64,000 nt of DNA from Patescibacteria group bacterium (GCA_041651155.1 JBAZJU010000001.1:91932-155931); one strand, 5' to 3'; counted from the stretch's first letter, positions 19,726 to 29,742 are shown. The notes: generated by a model not told the origin, from the letters alone. Numbers and translations are program-made.

Positions 19726-20607
19726 ATGATCCAATTTTTGCATAATTTTTTACCTCAGCCGATTTTACTTCACCTTGCCTTTTTACAAATCCATTGGTAT
19801 GGTTTTTTAATCGCCTTGGGCGCCTTGGCTGGTTTTGGCGCAGTTTATTCGTTGGCCAGGCAATATGGGATAAAAAAAGATGATATTTATAATTTAACTT
19901 TTTATTTAGTCATCTTTGGCTTAATTGGCGACCGTTTGTACTATGTTTTTTACGCCTGGCCTTATTATTCCCAGCATTTATTGGATATTTTTAAAATTTG
20001 GGAAGGAGGTTTGGCCATTCATGGCGCCATGATTGCTGGCGTTTTAGTGATATATATTTATGGACAGAGGCACAAAATTAATTTTTGGCTTTTACTTGAT
20101 ATATTTATTATTGCCTTGCCGTTAGCTATGGCTTTTGGCCGCTGGGGCAATTATTTTAACCAAGAACTTTTCGGGCGGCCGACGTCCTTGCCTTGGGGTA
20201 TCCCAATTAGTCCTGAAAAACGGCCGCCCGAGTTTGTGAATTTTAATTATTTTCACCCTACATTTTTATATGAGAGCTTATGGAATATGCTCATCTTTGC
20301 TTTTTTATACGCCTGGCATAAATTGCGCTTGGCTCGTCTTGGCACGGCTTCGCACGATGCAAGCCGAAGCCAGGTTAAATACAAAAATAACCTTGAACAA
20401 ATTCAAGGTTTGGGAAACATAGCTTTAGTATATTTTATTTTATATTCAGTCGGACGATTTTTAAATGAATATCTGCGGCTTGATTACAGCCCTTATTTTT
20501 TGGGAGTGCGCTGGGCGCAGGTCTTTAGTTTATTAATAATCCTCAGCTGCCTGGCCGTCATTATTTTAAAAAAAATTCACTCCAAAAAATCAGAGCTTGA
20601 AACTTAG
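19726..20607 (+). CDS. lgt: prolipoprotein diacylglyceryl transferase
   Basis: IHWYG, WEGGLAIHGA, GRWGNYFNQELFG, HPTFLYES. Confidence 0.97.
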   Translation: MIQFLHNFLPQPILLHLAFLQIHWYGFLIALGALAGFGAVYSLARQYGIKKDDIYNLTFYLVIFGLIGDRLYYVFYAWPYYSQHLLDIFKIWEGGLAIHGAMIAGVLVIYIYGQRHKINFWLLLDIFIIALPLAMAFGRWGNYFNQELFGRPTSLPWGIPISPEKRPPEFVNFNYFHPTFLYESLWNMLIFAFLYAWHKLRLARLGTASHDASRSQVKYKNNLEQIQGLGNIALVYFILYSVGRFLNEYLRLDYSPYFLGVRWAQVFSLLIILSCLAVIILKKIHSKKSELET

Positions 20608-21315
20608 GGCAATTTTTCTAATTTTGTACTCATTAAATAAAAGGATCAGATATAAAATGACCAAAAATGCGGCAATGACGAGATTGAAAGATTCTAATCG
20701 TCTCAAAGCATTTACTCCATAAATTGAGAGGTAAATCAGGATTGGCAAATCTTTAAAAATTTCCAGCGCCTCAGCTTTGAATTTAATTAACTTAATAATA
20801 ATTAAAAAAATAATCAGGCTGATAGCCATCCATTTTATGAAATTTTGGCTGTCAATGCTTTTACTTGTGATGATTAGAAAATTTAGGGCGACTAGCAGGG
20901 AGCTGGCAATTATTAAAAAAGTTTTGTGATAAGACTTTATTTTAACAAAAATTTTTATTTTGTAAGCAAAAAATAAAGAGGTAATAAAGATGAGGGGAAT
21001 TGTTACAAGAGTGAAAAGATTGGTCAGGGTCAGGAATAAATTAAATTGATCAATGGTAAAATTTTGCAAGATAGATGATTGGCTGAAAGGGACGTTGAAT
21101 TTTAAAAAAAGATATTCAATTAAAAATGGGGCGGCAACAAAAAAAATTCCGGCCAATATGCCTCTGAGCTTGCCAGTATACTCGGCCAGGCAAATAAATG
21201 ATATTACAAAAGCTAAAAACAGCGTGAAGAACAAAGGCAAAGGGTCTGTGACAAAGAGTGAAATAATCAGAAAGAAAACAAAGAAAATAAACAGGATAAT
21301 AGTAAAATTTCTCAT
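20590..21315 (-). CDS. hypothetical membrane protein
   Basis: 241-aa hydrophobic ORF. Confidence 0.6.
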   Translation of the reverse strand: MRNFTIILFIFFVFFLIISLFVTDPLPLFFTLFLAFVISFICLAEYTGKLRGILAGIFFVAAPFLIEYLFLKFNVPFSQSSILQNFTIDQFNLFLTLTNLFTLVTIPLIFITSLFFAYKIKIFVKIKSYHKTFLIIASSLLVALNFLIITSKSIDSQNFIKWMAISLIIFLIIIKLIKFKAEALEIFKDLPILIYLSIYGVNALRRLESFNLVIAAFLVILYLILLFNEYKIRKIALSFKL

Positions 21316-21402
21316 AATTTTGAAGTTAAATTACCGTCTTAATTATAGCATTTTTTACAAATTAGTTTAAATAACAGCTAAAACTATGCTATAATAATTT
21401 AT

Positions 21403-22785
21403 ATGTCTGAAAAAATATTCAAATTAGATTACAGTTTTATGTCTGCCCAAAAAGTGGGCAATTTTGGGTTTAAAGAAACAGATTTAGCCAGTCTGAGCCG
21501 CAAATTGGCCGGTTTTAACAGGAAATTGGAAATAATGGCAGAGGAGCCGGATTTAAGTTTTCGGCAATTGCCTTATGATCAAGAAGCAGTTGAATTAGCT
21601 ATGAAGTTAGCCGGCAGATTAAAGCGCCAATTTACAAATTTAGTCATAGTCGGCATTGGCGGTTCTGATTTAGGCTCCAGGGCTATTTATAGCGCTTTAG
21701 CCGGCAATTATGGCAGCTGCATCAAGAGACCGCAAGCAATGGCCATCAATTTTTTAGGGGATACGACAGATCCCCAGCCAGTGCTTGATTTATTAAAAAT
21801 ATTGGACTTAAAAAAGACTGTTTTTTATATTGTTTCTAAATCAGGCGACACGATTGAACCTTTAAGTAATTTTTTGCTTCTGCGGGAACAGGTAATTAAA
21901 CTTGTTGGTTACAAAAATCATAAGAAACACTTTATTGTCACAACTAATTTAGCAAAAGGCCTGGCCTCGGCCAAGACGGGCGCTCTTTTAGAAATTGCGC
22001 AAAAAGAAGGTTATCTGGTCCTGGGTCATTATCCAGGCGGCGGCCGCTTCTCGGTTTTATCTGTTCATGGATTATTGCCAGCTGCTTGCGCCGGGTTTGA
22101 CCTTAAAAAGCTTTTAGCAGGCGCAAAAGCAATGGATCAACTTAGTAAAAATAATAGCTATTTAAAAAACTTGCCTTGGCTTTTTGCGGCTATGCAATAC
22201 TTGGCTTACAAAAAGGGACAAAACATTTCAGTTTTAATGCCCTACAATTATTATTTGCGCAATTTTGCTTTATGGTTTCGGCAGTTATGGGCGGAAAATT
22301 TGGGCAAGCAATATAATTGGCAGAAGAAAAAAGTTAATGTGGGTATTACTCCTGTAGCTGCTTTGGGTCCGACAGACCAGCATTCTCAGGTTCAACTTTA
22401 TATAGAAGGGCCGTTTGATAAAATTATTACTTTTATTAAAGTTAAAAAATTAGAAAGTTTGAAAGTCCCAAATTACAGGAATTCAGAAATTTCTTATTTG
22501 GGCGGGCATGAGTTTAGTGAGATTTTAAATATTGAACATAAAGCTACGGCAGTTTCTTTAATGAAAAATAAAAGGCCTAATTGCACGATTATTTTGCCAG
22601 AACTTAATGAATATTATCTGGGGCAGATATTTATGTTTTTTGAAATGACCACGGTATATTTAGGAGAATTATTGCAGATTAATGTTTTTAACCAGCCAGG
22701 CGTTGAACAGAGTAAAAGATATATGTACGGGCTTTTGGGCAAGAAAGGGTTTGAGAAAGAGAAAAGGGAAATTTTAAGCATCTAA
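21403..22785 (+). CDS. pgi: glucose-6-phosphate isomerase
   Basis: VGIGGSDLG, SKSGDTIE, GGRFSVLS, QLWAENLGK, DQHSQVQL, FNQPGVE. Confidence 0.95.
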   Translation: MSEKIFKLDYSFMSAQKVGNFGFKETDLASLSRKLAGFNRKLEIMAEEPDLSFRQLPYDQEAVELAMKLAGRLKRQFTNLVIVGIGGSDLGSRAIYSALAGNYGSCIKRPQAMAINFLGDTTDPQPVLDLLKILDLKKTVFYIVSKSGDTIEPLSNFLLLREQVIKLVGYKNHKKHFIVTTNLAKGLASAKTGALLEIAQKEGYLVLGHYPGGGRFSVLSVHGLLPAACAGFDLKKLLAGAKAMDQLSKNNSYLKNLPWLFAAMQYLAYKKGQNISVLMPYNYYLRNFALWFRQLWAENLGKQYNWQKKKVNVGITPVAALGPTDQHSQVQLYIEGPFDKIITFIKVKKLESLKVPNYRNSEISYLGGHEFSEILNIEHKATAVSLMKNKRPNCTIILPELNEYYLGQIFMFFEMTTVYLGELLQINVFNQPGVEQSKRYMYGLLGKKGFEKEKREILSI

Positions 22786-22877
22786 TCAGCCCTTGCCAAA
22801 ATTGAAATTTAATGCTAAAATAGACCTAAGGATTTAATCCTTTTTTTATTTTGGAAAATTTATTTGGAGCGGTAGTT

Positions 22878-22950
22878 CCCGCCTTCGCTGAAGCTTCGGT
22901 CTTCACCGACCGAAGTCCCGCCGTGGCGGGACGAAGGTCGGCGGGCAGGC
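22878..22950. repeat. nested REP-like palindromic element
   Basis: CCCGCCTTCGCTGAAGCTTCGG...CGGGCAGGC enclosing CGACCGAAG-TCCCGCCGTGGCGGGAC-GAAGGTCG. Confidence 0.75.
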
Positions 22951-23013
22951 AGCTTGGAAGCATGAGCTGTAGTGGGTGCTAACCAGCTTCATAAATTTTT
23001 TTTAAGTTATCCT

Positions 23014-23087
23014 GGAGCGGTAGTTCAGTTGGTTAGAACGCTACCCTGTCACGGTAGAGGTCACGGGTTCGAGTCCCGCCCGCTCCG
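23014..23087 (+). tRNA. tRNA-Asp(GTC)
   Basis: GGAGCGG/CCGCTCC acceptor stem, CTACC-CTGTCAC-GGTAG anticodon arm, GGTTCGAGTCC T-arm; CCA not encoded. Confidence 0.97.
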
Positions 23088-23208
23088 CACCGAACCAGAA
23101 CAAAACAACACCTAATATAAAGGGTGTTGTTTTTATTATTGAAGATTTTGTTCGGTCTTTTGAGATAAAAAAGCCAAAGATTTTTCCTTGTGAAATATAT
23201 CTTTGGCC

Positions 23209-24225
23209 TTATTTTTTTCTGTTTCGTGAGAATGATTTTGGATAGTTGGCGTGCCTTCTAATTAATTGCTTGAGCGGTTCATTCCGCTTTACAATATTTT
23301 GCACGATTAAGTGACGCAATAAGTCGCTGGGCGTCTTACTGCATTTAGCCAGGTTGCTTATTAGCAGATACGAGAAATAAGTTCTTTTGCATAACAATTC
23401 TGTTGTTTTTTGGCAAAATGGGATGTCATGCAATAAGATTAGAACTCTGCCTTCAGTGTCATAGATAAACGCCGTTTTTTCTTCAGGTTGCGCCCTTAAG
23501 AATTTTTCTTTTAGGATTTTCCTGGCATTTTGCCTGTTTGTATCAGGATAATCCCTGCTATTAGCAATATTCCACGATTGCATTAAGGTTTTTGAGTTTA
23601 AAATCATTCTTAACTGGTATTCAGTTATAAATGAATTTTTTAATAAATTTGCCTGGACATTTAAGTCGTGCAACAATTGTGCGTTGCGGCAAATAAACTC
23701 AAGTCCCTGGGAATTTTTATGGAATTTTGCTATTAAACGGGCATGTTCTAATCCCGAAGAATGATTTTCCAGAATCTTTTTAATTACCCGAGTATCAGGA
23801 TCATGGCACAGGGCAAAAAGCAATGCCCCTGTCTGGAGAGTGGCTTCATTTATTCTTTGGTCAACTGTCATTGAGGAGAATTTTTCACGATATATAGCCA
23901 AGTGATTCTCGTTTTTGATATTTTCCGGCGCTTTGAAAATATCATTGTTATACTTTTCGATTTCCTCAAGTAAAGTGGGCAAGAAGTTGCCATTTTGATA
24001 CCAGTTAGGATTTTCTGCCCTTAGTTTGGCATCATTTTTCATGGCGCAATTTAGGCAAATCACGGTATAATTGCTAATGTCAGAACCAACAGCGGTTTTC
24101 GGCGCGCAATAGAAAAATGGCCATTCTTTATTGCTTGAATCCTTAAATTTTTGTCCGATAGTGCCTTTTGTATTACACTTTGAACAAGAACATTCCAAGG
24201 CCTTTAAAGACTCGTTATTTGTCAC
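23209..24225 (-). CDS. hypothetical protein: N-terminal Cys-rich (Zn-binding) region plus helical repeat region
   Basis: CSCSKC...CLNC; AGGAGG SD, GTG start, TTGACT-17-TAAAGT promoter at 24284-24256. Confidence 0.75.
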   Translation of the reverse strand: MTNNESLKALECSCSKCNTKGTIGQKFKDSSNKEWPFFYCAPKTAVGSDISNYTVICLNCAMKNDAKLRAENPNWYQNGNFLPTLLEEIEKYNNDIFKAPENIKNENHLAIYREKFSSMTVDQRINEATLQTGALLFALCHDPDTRVIKKILENHSSGLEHARLIAKFHKNSQGLEFICRNAQLLHDLNVQANLLKNSFITEYQLRMILNSKTLMQSWNIANSRDYPDTNRQNARKILKEKFLRAQPEEKTAFIYDTEGRVLILLHDIPFCQKTTELLCKRTYFSYLLISNLAKCSKTPSDLLRHLIVQNIVKRNEPLKQLIRRHANYPKSFSRNRKK

Positions 24226-24367
24226 GTAAGTCTGCCTCCTTTCAGATTTTTTATTACTTTAACAAATAGTTCCAGCATAGTCAACTTGTCCCGCCCCAAA
24301 AACCGTGATTTATTCTCGGCTTTTTGATCTTGATTATTTTGATTTTTTTTGATATTATATTAACAAT

Positions 24368-25189
24368 ATGAAAAAAACATTTTTCTTTATTTTACTTGTA
24401 ATTTTTTTTATTTTGGGCGCTAGTGCCTTGCTTTTTTTGCTGTTAAATCAAACATTAAAAAATAATCAGAATTTAGTCAAAAAGATTGAGACACCGAATA
24501 TTAATTCATCAGGCCAAGTAGTCAACCTAAACAATACCAACCAAATTAAAATTCCAAATAATACGCAAACTTCCAACCCGGCTGTTAAAACCGTTAATTC
24601 GGTAATATTGGCCGTGCCCTATATAAATGAATCGCCTGATGGCAACTGGACAGGATATTGGAAAAACGCTTGTGAAGAAGCCAGCATTGCCATGGTTGAA
24701 AATTTTTATCTTGGCAAACAAACCGTGAGCACAAAAGATGCCATGGATTTTATGAACAATTTATTTACCATAGAAAATAAGATTTTTGGTTCCAATACCA
24801 ATACAGACGCCAAGCAAACAGTCCAGCTTATTAATGATTATTCTTCTTATAAAGCGGTGATTAAAGAGGCGCCCACGGTTGAAGATATAAAAAGTGAATT
24901 ACAGCAAAATCGGCCGGTAATTGTGCCTTTGTATGGTTTTGATTTGCATAATAAAAATATTCCCTTTGTGCCGGCGCCCAGAGGCACTTCTTATCATATG
25001 ATTGTGATTATTGGTTATGATGATACGACAAAAGAATTTATCACTAATGATGATGGCGATAATAAACAAGGAGCTAGCCACCATTATGGTTATGATTTGC
25101 TGATGAATGCCATTCATGATTGGAGTTATGTTACCAAACAGGCTGATGGCCCTGCCAAAGCGATTTTTACTTATCCAAAAAATAGTTGA
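24368..25189 (+). CDS. C39-like family peptidase, membrane anchored
   Basis: VPY...ACEEAS, YHMIVIIGYDD, FITND. Confidence 0.85.
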   Translation: MKKTFFFILLVIFFILGASALLFLLLNQTLKNNQNLVKKIETPNINSSGQVVNLNNTNQIKIPNNTQTSNPAVKTVNSVILAVPYINESPDGNWTGYWKNACEEASIAMVENFYLGKQTVSTKDAMDFMNNLFTIENKIFGSNTNTDAKQTVQLINDYSSYKAVIKEAPTVEDIKSELQQNRPVIVPLYGFDLHNKNIPFVPAPRGTSYHMIVIIGYDDTTKEFITNDDGDNKQGASHHYGYDLLMNAIHDWSYVTKQADGPAKAIFTYPKNS

Positions 25190-25366
25190 GACTTCAACTA
25201 GTTCCCGCCTTTATTATTTACATGGTAATATAAAACAGTAGGTTTGGATAAAAATACTTTAAAGGTTAAGGGTTGGATGGTGAATATGATAAATATTGTT
25301 GAACAAAATTGGCTGGATACTTTTATTGCCGCTGCTGATTTTAAAATAAATAATTAATTATATTTT

Positions 25367-26020
25367 ATGAGAAAAACTTTTTTTATTCTAGGCGCCTTAA
25401 TTATTATGGCAGGCTGTCAGGCGACTAAAAACGAGAATACTAATTTAAATGTCAATGAGAACGCGAATGCAAACAACCAATCTGACCTCCCCGCGATTTA
25501 TAGCCAACTGGGAATGGAGGATTTATTAAGCCAATATAATGGCGCGATTATAAAAACAAATTTGGGCGATATTAAGGTAAAATTTTATAACCTGGATTCG
25601 CCTCTAACAGTTAATAATTTTTTAAATTTAGCTAAAAAAGGTTTTTATGATGGCACTAAATTTCATCGCGTGATTAAAGATTTTATGATTCAGGGCGGTG
25701 ATCCTAATAGCAAGGATGATAATTGGGCTGATGATGGCATGGGCGGGCCTGGCTATAAATTTAAAGATGAAATTAATACTCATAAACTGGTGCGCGGAAG
25801 TTTGGCCATGGCTAATTCCGGATCAAATACCAATGGCTCACAGTTTTTTATAGTAACCAAAGAATCTACGCCCTGGTTAGACGGTTCATACAATAATTTT
25901 GGTGAAGTAATATCCGGAATGGAAGCGGTTGATAAAATAGAAGCAGTTAAAACAAATGAAAATGATCATCCTTTAGATGATATTATTATTAAAAGTATTG
26001 AATTAATTAAAATAGATTAA
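25367..26020 (+). CDS. cyclophilin-type peptidyl-prolyl isomerase, lipoprotein
   Basis: [31 protein letters not shown]; lipobox MAGC. Confidence 0.95.
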   Translation: MRKTFFILGALIIMAGCQATKNENTNLNVNENANANNQSDLPAIYSQLGMEDLLSQYNGAIIKTNLGDIKVKFYNLDSPLTVNNFLNLAKKGFYDGTKFHRVIKDFMIQGGDPNSKDDNWADDGMGGPGYKFKDEINTHKLVRGSLAMANSGSNTNGSQFFIVTKESTPWLDGSYNNFGEVISGMEAVDKIEAVKTNENDHPLDDIIIKSIELIKID

Positions 26021-26034
26021 TTAAATAATTAGCT

Positions 26035-26274
26035 ATGAAAAAAATTATTAAAATTTTTTATCCTTATCGTTTTTTTATTCTTGCGTTGGTAATTATTATT
26101 AGTATTTTATTGTTATGGTATTTTTTTGTGGGGAAATACCACGGCTTTTTTTGCGAGAGATATTCGTATGCTGAATGCCCATCATTAATTTGCGAGCGTG
26201 TAGGTCAATGTTCTTCGCAGGACGATGTTTCTTTTTCTCTGGCTCCTTGTCAGTGTAAATCTCTGTGGAAATAA
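26035..26274 (+). CDS. small membrane-anchored Cys-rich protein
   Basis: TM helix followed by six Cys. Confidence 0.6.
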   Translation: MKKIIKIFYPYRFFILALVIIISILLLWYFFVGKYHGFFCERYSYAECPSLICERVGQCSSQDDVSFSLAPCQCKSLWK

Positions 26275-26345
26275 AACATCTTGACAATTTGGGCATCTCA
26301 AGTAATTCATTAAAAAAACTCCTCCGCGTTCGGAGGGGTTTTGCG

Positions 26346-26909
26346 CTAATCTTTTTGGAAGCGACCGACAATTGGCAAGTTTTTTTCGGGGTGTTTGGCT
26401 AATGCCATTTTGACTAAAGAGTTGAGTTTAATTCCATTTTTAGCTGCTACGGCTAGGGCAGTGGCGCGATGCATGCCTTCAACGATTCTGATTTCACCAT
26501 TGACTATTACGCCGCTAATAATGGTTTGAACTGGAAAATTTTTTAACATAGTTTGCACCCCGGAGTTTTTTTCTACTTTCTGATCTTGAGCTAGGCTGGA
26601 AAATGACGGAGCTGTCTGTCCGTGATAATATAATTCTACCCAGGAACGAAATGGTCCGCCATGGCAAAAGGGTAATATAATCAGTGGCTCGGGTATATTG
26701 TATAATTGCCATTTTAAATCAGCTAAACCTAGTGGTTGAACATAAGTTTGGCGCCATTCTTCCCATGATTTGAAGCCGCGGCTTTGCCAGTGAGTAATCC
26801 AGTGGGAATTGGGATAATCTTCATTCTGACGCCAAATTTCAAAAACATCAGGCCAAGTTAGCTCTTTGATTAGGTCAAGCTTTATTTGTTTGTCTTTTAA
26901 GTTGTCCAT
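26346..26909 (-). CDS. hypothetical protein, ParB/sulfiredoxin-like motif
   Basis: IRIVEGMHRATALA resembles the ParB-N DGxHR motif. Confidence 0.55.
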   Translation of the reverse strand: MDNLKDKQIKLDLIKELTWPDVFEIWRQNEDYPNSHWITHWQSRGFKSWEEWRQTYVQPLGLADLKWQLYNIPEPLIILPFCHGGPFRSWVELYYHGQTAPSFSSLAQDQKVEKNSGVQTMLKNFPVQTIISGVIVNGEIRIVEGMHRATALAVAAKNGIKLNSLVKMALAKHPEKNLPIVGRFQKD

Positions 26910-26963
26910 AGTATTTTTTTTGCGATTTGTTATTAAAGGGCTCTCCAGCTCTGTGTCCTCTCA

Positions 26964-27144
26964 TTGTCATCCTGAGCCGAGCGAAGGATCTGTTAATCTA
27001 GGGTCACACTCAAACCCCTCTCAGACACAGAGCCCTGTCATAACAGAACTGCTTGATTGTGATTTAAGCCCGCCTTGTCCGAAAGTAATTACTGGGTTTA
27101 TCAAATCACCGAAGTTGCAGATCCTTCCTGCGTCAGGATGACAA
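26964..27144. repeat. MITE/REP-like unit with ~28-bp terminal inverted repeats
   Basis: TTGTCATCCTGAGCCGAGCGAAGGATCTG ... CAGATCCTTCCTGCGTCAGGATGACAA. Confidence 0.8.
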
Positions 27145-27237
27145 GGCGGGAGCGAGGTAGGTTAATTTTTCATACTTTAATTATACACCAAAAAAAATAA
27201 AACCCCCTCATTTTTGGCGAGGGGGCTAAATAACTTG

Positions 27238-27858
27238 TTATTCCCGGGCAAATACTATTTTAAGTCCCAGGGAAATTAGAAGGGCACCGAAAATTTTTTC
27301 CAAGTAAATTACGTACCTTTGGTATCTTGCTTTGACCTGCTTGATCGTGAATACTGTCGCAACAAGAGCAAACCAGGCAAATACAATGAAAGAAATTTCC
27401 AGTCCGTAAAATATTTTCAGGTTCAAGGTTGAAGTCGGGGAGATGATTTGAGAAAAAATACTTAAAAAGAACAAGGTTACTTTGGGGTTGGTTATGCTGG
27501 TTAAAAAGCCGATCTTGAGAGCCTGCCAGTTGGTGATTATTTTTAGTGTAGCGGCTCCATTTTTGTTTCCTGCCTTTAGTCTTTTTGCCCTTAGCATTTT
27601 AATGCCCAAGTACATTAGATAGGCTGCCCCGCCCAGTTTAAGTAGATTAAACACCAGAATTGATTGGGCAATGATAAGCCCCAGGCCGATAATAGAATAA
27701 GAAGCGTGGAGCAAAGTGCCTAAACCAATACCTAGTGCCGTAAATATCCCGATTTTTCTGGTATAGACAATGCTGTTTCTGGACACAATGGCAAAATCAG
27801 GACCTGGCGAGATAGCGCCAATAATAGCTGCCAAAGTTACGATTATAATTTCGTGCAT
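27238..27858 (-). CDS. LysE family translocator
   Basis: ISPGPDF, GAAYLMYLG, TNPKVTLFF; AGGAGG SD. Confidence 0.93.
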   Translation of the reverse strand: MHEIIIVTLAAIIGAISPGPDFAIVSRNSIVYTRKIGIFTALGIGLGTLLHASYSIIGLGLIIAQSILVFNLLKLGGAAYLMYLGIKMLRAKRLKAGNKNGAATLKIITNWQALKIGFLTSITNPKVTLFFLSIFSQIISPTSTLNLKIFYGLEISFIVFAWFALVATVFTIKQVKARYQRYVIYLEKIFGALLISLGLKIVFARE

Positions 27859-27879
27859 TGGATTCCTCCTTTTTCAAAA

Positions 27880-28212
27880 TTATGCTTTTACTTTTTCCTT
27901 AGCCACGGCAAAAGGTATCTGAATAAGCTCAAGCAATAGTTCTTCTTCCTCGCGATATATTTTGAATTTCATGCCGCAAATTTCATAGACCCTATAATCA
28001 GCATAATCATGTTTATCTTTTAGCATTGGCAGCGAAAATACTGACCGCGGGATTGAGAGCCAATATTGATGATTCTCAGGCTCTTGGATAAGGTTGCCTT
28101 TCAGCATATCTGCTACTGCTTCAGGGCTTTCAGCAAAGATTGCTCCGTGAACAGTTAACAAATTATTAGGATCTTCGTGAAATTTTTTATCAATGATAAT
28201 GTACAATCTCAT
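27880..28212 (-). CDS. hypothetical protein
   Basis: AGGAGG SD; TTGACA-17-TAACAT promoter at 28282-28254. Confidence 0.7.
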   Translation of the reverse strand: MRLYIIIDKKFHEDPNNLLTVHGAIFAESPEAVADMLKGNLIQEPENHQYWLSIPRSVFSLPMLKDKHDYADYRVYEICGMKFKIYREEEELLLELIQIPFAVAKEKVKA

Positions 28213-28345
28213 TAGATTAGCCTCCTTTTTTACTGAACTGTTTTGATTACAGAATGTTAGTATTTTATTTAATTTTTGTCAAGGTAGCGAATAAAAACTG
28301 CGCGCTCCGACGTATGTTGGAGCGCGCAGAGATCAATGTAATTTT

Positions 28346-28690
28346 TTATTTTACCGCTTCTACTATTTTAGCAAAAACTTGAGGATTATTGACTGCCAGG
28401 TCAGCCAGGACTTTACGGTCCAGTTCAATTTTTTTCTTATTTAAGAGATCTATAAATTTAGAATAGTTTAAGCCATGTTCGCGCACAGCTGCATTAATCC
28501 TGATTTGCCAAAGCTGGCGGAAATCTCTTTTTTTATCTTTGCGTCCGACATAAGCATGCACTCCAGCCTTAAGCATAGCTGTTTTGCCTAAGCGAATAGT
28601 CTTTTTGCGGCCCCATTTATAACCTTTGGTGGCTCGGCGGATGGTATGTCTTTTCTTTAAGTGGATTTTAGCTCGTTTAACTCTGGACAT
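28346..28690 (-). CDS. rplT: 50S ribosomal protein L20
   Basis: MSRVKR...[16 protein letters not shown]...[10 protein letters not shown]. Confidence 0.98.
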   Translation of the reverse strand: MSRVKRAKIHLKKRHTIRRATKGYKWGRKKTIRLGKTAMLKAGVHAYVGRKDKKRDFRQLWQIRINAAVREHGLNYSKFIDLLNKKKIELDRKVLADLAVNNPQVFAKIVEAVK

Positions 28691-28807
28691 GTTTTTTCTA
28701 ATTATTTGTTAATGCTTACATCTACAGATTACTGATAATTACAGATATACAGATGATATTTTATGACAATTCGTAAATCTGTATAAATCCGTAATCAGTA
28801 GAAAATT

Positions 28808-29005
28808 TTAATTGTATGGCATTAAGGATTTAAGCTGTCTGGAAATGGTTTTGTCAGCTTGTTGCGTTCTTCTTTTGGCTCTGGTGATATTGCTGGATTC
28901 GCGGGCATTAAAATGATCCTGGCCAGCTTTCTTTTTCATGAGCTTGCCTTTGTTCGTTACTCTGTATCGTTTAGCGATTGATTGATGAGTTTTAATTTTT
29001 GGCAT
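28808..29005 (-). CDS. rpmI: 50S ribosomal protein L35
   Basis: MPKIKTHQSIAKRYRVT; synteny with infC and rplT. Confidence 0.96.
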   Translation of the reverse strand: MPKIKTHQSIAKRYRVTNKGKLMKKKAGQDHFNARESSNITRAKRRTQQADKTISRQLKSLMPYN

Positions 29006-29163
29006 AGGTGAATTCCTAATTATGAATTATGTCCGCCAGCGGCGGATCCGCCTTTGGCGGAAGATATGAGCTGAATATAAGGAAATCTTTAAAAAAATAA
29101 AAATAGCTCTTCTTGGCTAATTTGAAATTAGTTTAGCTTAATTTTAAATTTTCGTCAAGCCGT

Positions 29164-29724
29164 TTAACTCTTTTTGGCAATAATAGCTGAAAAATTGGCA
29201 CCTTGTCTTTTAATTTCCTGTTCTGTTCTTATTTCTACTATTTGGTTAATTGAACTCACAAAATTTTCAATTAATTCTTTGGCTAATTCCGGATGAGCTT
29301 TCTCCCTGCCTTTTAAGATGACCAAAATGCTAATTTTATCGCCGCGGTTTAAAAATTTTTCAGCCTGATTAATTCTGACATCAAGGTCATGCTTGCCAAT
29401 GCGCGGTGAAAGGCGAATTTCTTTGAGCTCAACTTCTTTTTGCTGGGCTTTTTGCTTGCGGCTGGCTTTTTCCTGCTGGTACTTAAAACTGCTGTAATTG
29501 ATAAATTTAGTCACTGGCGGTTCAGCTTTGGGAGAAACAGCCACTAAATCTAATTCTCGCTCCTTAGCCATGGCAATCGCTTGCGCAGTCGGCATGACGC
29601 CAAGCATCTGGCCTTTTTCATCAATAACGCGGACAGAAAGAGAGCGGATTCGTTCATTAACCGGATATGTGTCTGGGATTTGTTGTCTTTGCGCTTGTCT
29701 ATGGCGGAAATGAATGCGTTTCAA
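29164..29724 (-). CDS. infC: translation initiation factor IF-3 (non-ATG start: TTG or ATT)
   Basis: NERIR..VRVID, LDLVAVSPKAEPPV, KEIRLSPRIGKHD. Confidence 0.96.
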   Translation of the reverse strand: MKRIHFRHRQAQRQQIPDTYPVNERIRSLSVRVIDEKGQMLGVMPTAQAIAMAKERELDLVAVSPKAEPPVTKFINYSSFKYQQEKASRKQKAQQKEVELKEIRLSPRIGKHDLDVRINQAEKFLNRGDKISILVILKGREKAHPELAKELIENFVSSINQIVEIRTEQEIKRQGANFSAIIAKKS

Positions 29725-29742
29725 TGTGGTGTAGGTTAATAA

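Noticed and set aside
25260-25360. Possible gene remnant upstream of the cyclophilin
   Set aside because: Short open frame with no recognisable homology
26866-27141. 91-aa ORF containing CHPEPSEGS
   Set aside because: Translation of the inverted-repeat element; overlaps another gene
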